Below, in pieces: positions 58,520 to 64,000 of a DNA stretch of 64,000 nt (positions are counted from its first letter, which is position 1; every line of letters begins with the position of its first letter). This DNA comes from an uncultured Geobacteraceae bacterium (GTDB lineage Bacteria > Desulfobacterota > Desulfuromonadia > Geobacterales > Pseudopelobacteraceae). The translations under genes and the position numbers were made by a program. Under the pieces are notes generated by a model, which did no database searches, had not been told where the DNA came from, and worked only from the letters and a program-made list of their open reading frames with translations. The stretch is taken from NCBI GenBank assembly GCA_964456065.1, contig CAYVYW010000007.1:14042-78041 (forward strand), in the 5' to 3' direction.

Positions 58520-59499
58520 CGCTTCGTATCCCGTGGCGTTGTAACCATAATTCTACGGGGAGGTCGCTTTGTTCCCGGAGTATTCTCCTGGTTCACCACT
58601 GGAGCGCGCTCCCGCTTCGCTGCCGGTGCATTCTCCCTTTTTCCCACCGGAGTACGCTCACGTTTTACTGGCGGCGCATTCTCTCTTTTTCCCGCCGGAG
58701 CACGCTCACGTTTCGTTGAGGGTGTACGCTCAGCTCTAACGGTCGGGGCCTTTTCCCGTTCTACTCCCTTAGGTCTCTCTTTCGGGGCCGGCTGTACGAG
58801 GGCAGTTGCTTCCTGTTTGCTCAGTAAGCGGTATTGACCTGGTTCAAGGCCACCAAGGGTCAGCGTGCCGTAACGAATACGGCGCAGACGGACAACGGAA
58901 AGGCCAACTGCCGCACACATACGACGCACCTGACGATTTCGCCCTTCCCGTATGGTTATGGAGAGCCAGTCATTTAACTGGTCCTGCTTGAGAATCCTTG
59001 CTGCGGCTGCTTTGCATGGTCCGTCTTCCAGTTCAACACCGGACAAGAGACGTTGGACCTGTTGTGGATCAACCTTGCCGCGTACGCGGACATGGTATTC
59101 TTTATCGACCTCATGGCGGGGATGCATAAGACGGTTTGCCCAGTCGCCATCGTTCGTCATTAATAGCAACCCTTCAGAGTTATAGTCCAGACGGCCGACC
59201 GGGTAGAGACGTACTCCGACCTCTTGTACTAAATCACTAACCAGTGCACGTCCGTTTGGATCTTTGAGGGTGGTTACATAGCCAGCTGGTTTGTGCAGTA
59301 CCAGATAGACCTGCCGTTCCACGGGACGTACCGGTGCGCCATCCAGGGTGATGGTGTCGTGATGGGGATCGGCTTTGGTGCCTAGTTCCGTGACGGTAGT
59401 ACCGTTTACCTGAACTCTTCCTGCAAGGATATACTCCTCTGCTGTTCTACGGGAACAGATTCCGGCCGAGGCTAGTATTTTTTGAAGACGCTCCGTCAT
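58516..59499 (-). CDS. rluB: 23S rRNA pseudouridine synthase RluB family (S4 domain + catalytic domain + repetitive basic tail)
   Basis: MTERLQKILASAGICSRRTAEEYI (S4), PVGRLDYNSEGLLLMTNDG (catalytic Asp) and a Lys/Arg/Glu/Pro repeat tail. Confidence 0.88.
   Translation of the reverse strand: MTERLQKILASAGICSRRTAEEYILAGRVQVNGTTVTELGTKADPHHDTITLDGAPVRPVERQVYLVLHKPAGYVTTLKDPNGRALVSDLVQEVGVRLYPVGRLDYNSEGLLLMTNDGDWANRLMHPRHEVDKEYHVRVRGKVDPQQVQRLLSGVELEDGPCKAAAARILKQDQLNDWLSITIREGRNRQVRRMCAAVGLSVVRLRRIRYGTLTLGGLEPGQYRLLSKQEATALVQPAPKERPKGVEREKAPTVRAERTPSTKRERAPAGKRENAPPVKRERTPVGKRENAPAAKRERAPVVNQENTPGTKRPPRRIMVTTPRDTKR
58570..58761 (-). repeat. Eight tandem 24-nt (8-aa) coding repeats in the rluB 3' region
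   Basis: EREKAPTV / RAERTPST / KRERAPAG / KRENAPPV / KRERTPVG / KRENAPAA / KRERAPVV / NQENTPGT. The periodicity is visible at the DNA level, and in the antisense ORF 58229-58837. Confidence 0.85.
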
Positions 59500-59726
59500 G
59501 ACTCTTCTTTCTGGGTGGTGGAGGAATCCTTACCATCCTTGGGGGACTGCTCACCTGGAACAAGCGCAAGGGCAAGTCCAATCAGTGCACCGTAGAGGGC
59601 CCCTGACCAGGGGCTGGACATCATGGCTCAGCCACCGCCGGTGCAGCGACTGACAAAACTGTAGAGTAGGCCTATCACCCCACCGCCACCAACAAAGAGC
59701 AGATATTTTACAGCTTTCAATTTCAT
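59496..59726 (-). CDS. Candidate 76-aa two-TM membrane protein with an in-frame UGA (possible selenocysteine); alternatively two separate 32-aa and 42-aa ORFs
   Basis: ATG 59726 (ATGA overlap with the ybaN stop) gives MKLKAVKYLLFVGGGGVIGLLYSFVSRCTGGG, then TGA (59630-59628). The same frame continues AMMSSPWSGALYGALIGLALALVPGEQSPKDGKDSSTTQKEES, then a stop at 59498-59496 that overlaps the rluB ATG. Both parts fall below the ORF-track length cutoff. Confidence 0.4.
59599..59614 (-). promoter_or_regulatory. SECIS-like hairpin downstream of the in-frame UGA
   Basis: The mRNA can form GCCCC-UGGUCA-GGGGC: a 5-bp G:C stem with a 6-nt loop containing GGU, starting 13 nt after the UGA. Confidence 0.3.
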
Positions 59727-60094
59727 CAGTTCTCCTTCCTGGTTGGAAGCCTCATTAGGTAGATCACCAGCAAGGCAGCAAGCAAAAACAGGGCGACCTG
59801 GACTGGACGTGAGGGAACCAGGAGTACCGTTGAGGGGGGTAGGGTTAGTAAGACCATGGAAACAGCAGTAACTTTAGCCCGGCGTGGTATGCCGCTACCA
59901 TCGAGGTACCCTTGGATTATCGGCCCGAAGAAGCGATGGCCGAGTAACCAGTGGTGGAATCGTTCGGAACTACGGGCAAAACAGGCCGCCGCCAGAAGTA
60001 CGAAAGGGGTTGTGGGGAGTAGGGGTACCACCACACCAACAATACCTAAGGCGAGTGAAAGCCAACCGGCTGCAATCAGAAGGAGGCGTAGCAT
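59726..60094 (-). CDS. ybaN: YbaN-family (DUF454) inner membrane protein
   Basis: LALGIVGVVVPLLPTTPFVLLAAACFARSSERFHHWLLGHRFFGP is the DUF454 signature. 122 aa. Confidence 0.85.
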   Translation of the reverse strand: MLRLLLIAAGWLSLALGIVGVVVPLLPTTPFVLLAAACFARSSERFHHWLLGHRFFGPIIQGYLDGSGIPRRAKVTAVSMVLLTLPPSTVLLVPSRPVQVALFLLAALLVIYLMRLPTRKEN

Positions 60095-60142
60095 AATACC
60101 ATGAAATTAGGGGAGTCGCCCCTCCATTACCGTTGTTGCTCC

Positions 60143-61096
60143 CTAATCCTGTGCCATTTGTGTCATGGCCCGAAACTTGCGGTAGCGGTCTTCCACTAAC
60201 TCAGAGCCAGACATACCTTTCAGTTCGGCAAGGTGACGGCGAATGGCGGAGCCAAGTGCCATGGCGGTGGCTTCATGATCATTATGGGCACCACCAACTG
60301 GCTCATGAATTATTTCATCAATGACGCCAAGTCCAATGATGTCCTGAGCAGCAGGTTTAAGTGCTTCAGCAGCAAGAGAACCTTTGCTGCCATCGGACCA
60401 GAGAATGGCAGCACACCCTTCTGGGGATATGACGGCATAGATGGAGTGCTCGAGCATCAAGACTCGGTTACCGACAGCAATCGCCAGCGCACCGCCAGAG
60501 CCCCCTTCACCAGTGATACAGACAATAATGGGCACGGTCAGCTCAGCCATCTCGCGCAGGTTCCGAGCAATAGCTTCTGCCTGGCCGCGCTCTTCAGCGC
60601 CAATGCCAGGAAAGGCGCCTGGGGTGTCAACAAAGGTAACGATCGGCATATTAAACTGTTCAGCCATGCGGAAAAGGCGGAGAGCCTTGCGGTATCCTTC
60701 TGGGTTGGGCATGCCGAAGTTTCGATAAACCTTTTCCTTCGTGTCACGACCTTTTTGGTGACCGACAACTAACACCGGCTCACCATCAAAACGGGCAACA
60801 CCGGCAACAATAGCAGGGTCGTCACCATAGAGGCGGTCACCATGGAGCTCGTTAAAGTCAGTACAGAGTATACGGATGTAGTCCATGGTGAAAGGGCGGT
60901 TAATGTGCCGAGCCACCTGGGCCTTTTGCCAGCGGGTTAGGTTTTCAAAGATTTCAAGCCGCTTTTGGGTGACATGCCGTTCCAGAGCGCTAATCTCCTC
61001 GCTCATACCGCCATCACTCAATGCACGCAACTCATCAATCTTTTTTTCTAATTCAGCAATCGGTTTTTCGAACTCTAAATAGACAGGAGCTGCCAT
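60143..61096 (-). CDS. accA: Acetyl-CoA carboxylase carboxyltransferase subunit alpha
   Basis: [18 protein letters not shown]..., ...[23 protein letters not shown]... and ...[11 protein letters not shown]. The start at 61096 (MAAPVYLEF) is preferred. 61120 is possible. Confidence 0.93.
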   Translation of the reverse strand: MAAPVYLEFEKPIAELEKKIDELRALSDGGMSEEISALERHVTQKRLEIFENLTRWQKAQVARHINRPFTMDYIRILCTDFNELHGDRLYGDDPAIVAGVARFDGEPVLVVGHQKGRDTKEKVYRNFGMPNPEGYRKALRLFRMAEQFNMPIVTFVDTPGAFPGIGAEERGQAEAIARNLREMAELTVPIIVCITGEGGSGGALAIAVGNRVLMLEHSIYAVISPEGCAAILWSDGSKGSLAAEALKPAAQDIIGLGVIDEIIHEPVGGAHNDHEATAMALGSAIRRHLAELKGMSGSELVEDRYRKFRAMTQMAQD

Positions 61097-61161
61097 GTAT
61101 GACCTCATGGACTGCGACAAAATCGCAGGGGTAGTCTCGCCTCCCTCAGGAGGATTGGGCG

Positions 61162-64000
61162 TTATTCAAATACGGCGGCATTATACCCGACACAGCGTTC
61201 TATCGCTACTTTAAATTCGTCACAGGCTGCAACTCTCAGTGAGTCGGAGAGTTTGACGGTCGTTATACTGTGCTCTGGCAATTCAAGGCTCATATAGACG
61301 GGCAAATCGCCAGGGAATCGTTCGAGTACCGCCTTCAAAGCCAGAACCTGTTGATCGTTTAAATCAGGGAGCTGACAGTTCAAGGTGACCTGGCGAACTT
61401 TTTCAATCTGTGCTTCACGTAATAGGCAAATACGACCATTGACGTTGTTCTGATTCCCAAAGCGTCGACGATTCTCTTGGGGCTTCATGACGAGCAACTT
61501 GACACCGGCTTCACCTTTTTCGAGCTTACCGGTAATACAAAGTGGTTCATCAGACTTCAGCATCTGCTGCGCAGGAAGGTACATATCGCTAAAGATGGTG
61601 ACCTCTACCTGGCCGGTCAAGTCCTCGATTGTTGCAAAGCACATGCGATCCCCCTTTTTTGTGGTGATTTCCTTCAGGGTGGTCACAATGCCGCAGAGCC
61701 GTATTTCACTGCCATCGCCACGTTTTGGCAGGTCTTCTATGGTGCTGTTGGCAAGGCGGCTTATCTCCCCGATATAGCGGTCAAGGGGATGGCCACTGAT
61801 GAGGAAGCCTAGTGCCTCCTTTTCAAAGGAAAGCTTCGTACGGTCATCCCAGTCATCGATACGGGGTACCTCAGGTACCATCAGCAAACCAGCCTCTGCC
61901 GGATCACCAAAGAGGGAACACTGGGCTGAGTCCCGTTCCTCCTGGAATTTTTGGCCATAGCTCATGGCCTCTTCCAGTACGGCTATCAGTGGTGCACGAC
62001 AACCGTGGAGGCTGTCAAAAGCCCCACATTTAATCAGCGCTTCCAAGACGCGGCGATTGACCTTCCGTAGATCAACCCGTTCACAGAGATTGAAGAGACT
62101 GCTAAATGGAGCTGTTTGCCGGGCTTCAATAACAGATTCAACGGCACCACTTCCCACTCCCTTAACAGCCCCAAGGCCAAAACGCATCGATTTGTCGACA
62201 ACTGTAAAAGACAAGCCCGACTGATTAATATCAGGGGGAAGTACCTCAATCCCCTGATCACGGCAGTCGGCAATACTTTTAATGACCTTGTCGGTGCTGT
62301 CCATGTCGCAGGAAAGCAAAGCCGCCATGAACTCCACAGGATAGTGGGCCTTCAAGTATGCTGTTTGATATGCAATTAAGGCATAGGCCGCTGAGTGTGA
62401 CTTGTTGAAGCCATATTCAGCAAACTTTTCCATCAGGTCGAAAATGGCTTCTGCTTTTTTGGGATCAATATTCTGCAGTTCGGCTCCAGCTAAGAAAGGC
62501 GCCTTCTCCTTTGCCATAACCGTAGGATCTTTTTTACCCATGGCTCGGCGTAACAGGTCGGCACGACCAAGGGAGTAACCTGCCAGGCTCCGTGCTATCT
62601 GCATGACCTGTTCCTGATACACAATGACGCCATAGGTGTCTTTGAGAATAGGTTCAAGCTGGGGTAGATCGTATACCACCTCACGCCGTCCGTGCTTGCG
62701 GTCGATAAACTCGTCAACCATGCCACTACCCAAGGGACCTGGTCGATAAAGAGCGCAGGCAGCGATGATATCTTCAAAACAGTTCGGCTTCAGTTTGACC
62801 AGCATTTCTTTCATACCGCTTGATTCAAGCTGGAAGATACCGGTAGTGTTGCCGGATGAAATCAACTCATAGCTGGCTAGGTCATCATCCCGTAATGTAG
62901 TGATATCAAAGGAGGGGTCTTTGCCAGCCCGTACCATGTCGACGGCATTCTGGATGACGGTCAGGTTTTTTAATCCAAGGAAGTCGAATTTTACCAGACC
63001 CACCATTTCAACATACTTCATGGAGTACTGGGTGTTGATACCGCCGGTTTTCTGATCCTTGTAGACGGGAAGGAACTCTTCAAGCTGGTCGGGGGCTACA
63101 ACAACACCAGCAGCATGGGTTCCGGCATGACGTGCCAGTCCTTCTAAGCAGCGTGCGGTTTCTAGAAGCTGTGCCACCCGTGGATCTGCTGCGGCCATTT
63201 CCCTAAGTTGCGGTTCCTGATCAATGGCCTTCTCAACCGTCATCTTGAGGTCTTCTGGAATCAGTTTGGCAATTTTATCCACTTCGTTGTAGGGCATATC
63301 CAGTGCCCGGCCGACATCGCGTACAACCGCCTTGGCTTTCATGGTACCAAAGGTGATAATTTGGCAAACCCGTTCCCGTCCATACTTGTCAATGACGTAC
63401 TCAATGACCTCTTCGCGACGATCTTGGCAGAAGTCAACGTCAATATCAGGCATGGAAATCCGCTCTGGATTCAAAAAGCGTTCGAAGAGCAGATTGTAGG
63501 GAAGCGGATCAAGATCGGTAATTCGGATAGCATAGGCAACGAGCGAGCCGGCAGCAGAACCCCGGCCCGGACCAACAGGAATATTCTGCTCTTTGGCCCA
63601 GTTAATAAAATCAGCAACAATCAGAAAATAAGCCGGAAACTTCATGTGGGCAATGCAGCCAAGTTCAATGTCGAGACGGTCCCAATAGGCCTGCTCTTCC
63701 TCGGCGGTCATCTGGGGGCGTTTTAGGCGAATGGTCTTTAGGCGTTCAATCAATCCCTCTTTAGCGAGTTTAGCAAGCATGCCGTCATGGGTTAATCCTT
63801 CCGGCGGTTCAAAGTGGGGAAAGTGATATTTGTCATCCAACGGCAAATCGAGATTACAGCGTTCGGCAATAACGAGGCTATTGGTGATTGCTTCCGGTGC
63901 GTAGGGGAAGGCATCAACCATTTCCTGTGGTGTTTTCACGAAGAACTCATCGGCCGAGAATTTCATGTGGGTCGGGTCAGACATGGTTTTACCGGTTTGG
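61162..64000 (-). CDS. dnaE: DNA polymerase III alpha subunit (5' end of gene lies beyond the window end)
   Basis: ...[10 protein letters not shown]..., ...HAAGVVV... and ...[24 protein letters not shown]..., plus a C-terminal OB-fold region. The reading frame remains open past 63984 to the window edge. Confidence 0.93.
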   Translation of the reverse strand, partial: QTGKTMSDPTHMKFSADEFFVKTPQEMVDAFPYAPEAITNSLVIAERCNLDLPLDDKYHFPHFEPPEGLTHDGMLAKLAKEGLIERLKTIRLKRPQMTAEEEQAYWDRLDIELGCIAHMKFPAYFLIVADFINWAKEQNIPVGPGRGSAAGSLVAYAIRITDLDPLPYNLLFERFLNPERISMPDIDVDFCQDRREEVIEYVIDKYGRERVCQIITFGTMKAKAVVRDVGRALDMPYNEVDKIAKLIPEDLKMTVEKAIDQEPQLREMAAADPRVAQLLETARCLEGLARHAGTHAAGVVVAPDQLEEFLPVYKDQKTGGINTQYSMKYVEMVGLVKFDFLGLKNLTVIQNAVDMVRAGKDPSFDITTLRDDDLASYELISSGNTTGIFQLESSGMKEMLVKLKPNCFEDIIAACALYRPGPLGSGMVDEFIDRKHGRREVVYDLPQLEPILKDTYGVIVYQEQVMQIARSLAGYSLGRADLLRRAMGKKDPTVMAKEKAPFLAGAELQNIDPKKAEAIFDLMEKFAEYGFNKSHSAAYALIAYQTAYLKAHYPVEFMAALLSCDMDSTDKVIKSIADCRDQGIEVLPPDINQSGLSFTVVDKSMRFGLGAVKGVGSGAVESVIEARQTAPFSSLFNLCERVDLRKVNRRVLEALIKCGAFDSLHGCRAPLIAVLEEAMSYGQKFQEERDSAQCSLFGDPAEAGLLMVPEVPRIDDWDDRTKLSFEKEALGFLISGHPLDRYIGEISRLANSTIEDLPKRGDGSEIRLCGIVTTLKEITTKKGDRMCFATIEDLTGQVEVTIFSDMYLPAQQMLKSDEPLCITGKLEKGEAGVKLLVMKPQENRRRFGNQNNVNGRICLLREAQIEKVRQVTLNCQLPDLNDQQVLALKAVLERFPGDLPVYMSLELPEHSITTVKLSDSLRVAACDEFKVAIERCVGYNAAVFE

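Noticed and set aside
58570-58761. Regular 24-nt periodicity considered as a CRISPR-like or minisatellite array
   Set aside because: There are no spacers, and the units are in-frame codons of the rluB tail. It is a coding tandem repeat, not a CRISPR array.
58229-58837. 202-aa plus-strand ORF with a striking internal repeat (GARSRFAAGAFSLFPTG...)
   Set aside because: It is antisense to asnS/rluB, and its repeat is simply the reverse complement of the rluB 24-nt coding repeats. It has no independent coding evidence.
60101-60130. Short GGGG-N5-CCCC hairpin between accA and ybaN as a terminator
   Set aside because: It has only a 4-5-bp stem and no U-tract. The downstream genes are tightly coupled and probably co-transcribed with accA.

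Overview
This 64-kb window looks like core chromosome from a Desulfuromonadales-type deltaproteobacterium (Geobacter/Desulfuromonas/Pelobacter-like). The taxon guess rests on a triheme c7-type cytochrome next to System II cytochrome c maturation genes, a Sec-containing selD and a nifR3(dusB)-ntrB-ntrC-like arrangement. It is an inference from protein motifs only. Coding density is very high and many gene junctions are ATGA/GTGA overlaps. Recognisable content, left to right: polA (partial), tatA, dusB plus an NtrB/NtrC-like pair, an arfB-like/mutS2/HNH/HAD operon, plsC-like, rnhA, gabD and an IHF/HU gene. Then come an OmpR-type regulator with a 7TMR-DISM kinase, a GT9 heptosyltransferase and a small accessory-looking patch ending at tRNA-Thr(CGU). 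That patch holds a receiver-less wHTH, LysE, an amidohydrolase and an AAA_14/DUF4143 ATPase. Next are a sirtuin, TonB, a TPP-riboswitch-controlled thiED-thiC operon, alr, selD, purH, purD and c7 cytochrome-resB-ccsA. A roughly 10.7-kb translationally coupled glycosyltransferase/flippase/YfhO-like cluster follows. The remainder is a CheY-like protein, a parvulin PPIase, EVE-DUF1015, an NlpC/P60-SPOR protein, prfB, lnt, corC, ybeY, a PgpH-like protein, asnS, rluB, ybaN, accA and dnaE (partial). Three genes need non-standard decoding that the ORF track misses: selD (in-frame UGA with a hairpin), prfB (+1 frameshift at CTT TGA C), and a candidate. The candidate, at 59496-59726, is the most interesting item. 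Two sub-threshold ORFs in one frame are separated by a single UGA five residues after the only Cys, with a SECIS-like hairpin downstream. It is wedged by overlapping start/stop codons between ybaN and rluB and may be an unannotated small membrane selenoprotein. No CRISPR array, transposase, integrase or prophage genes were seen.
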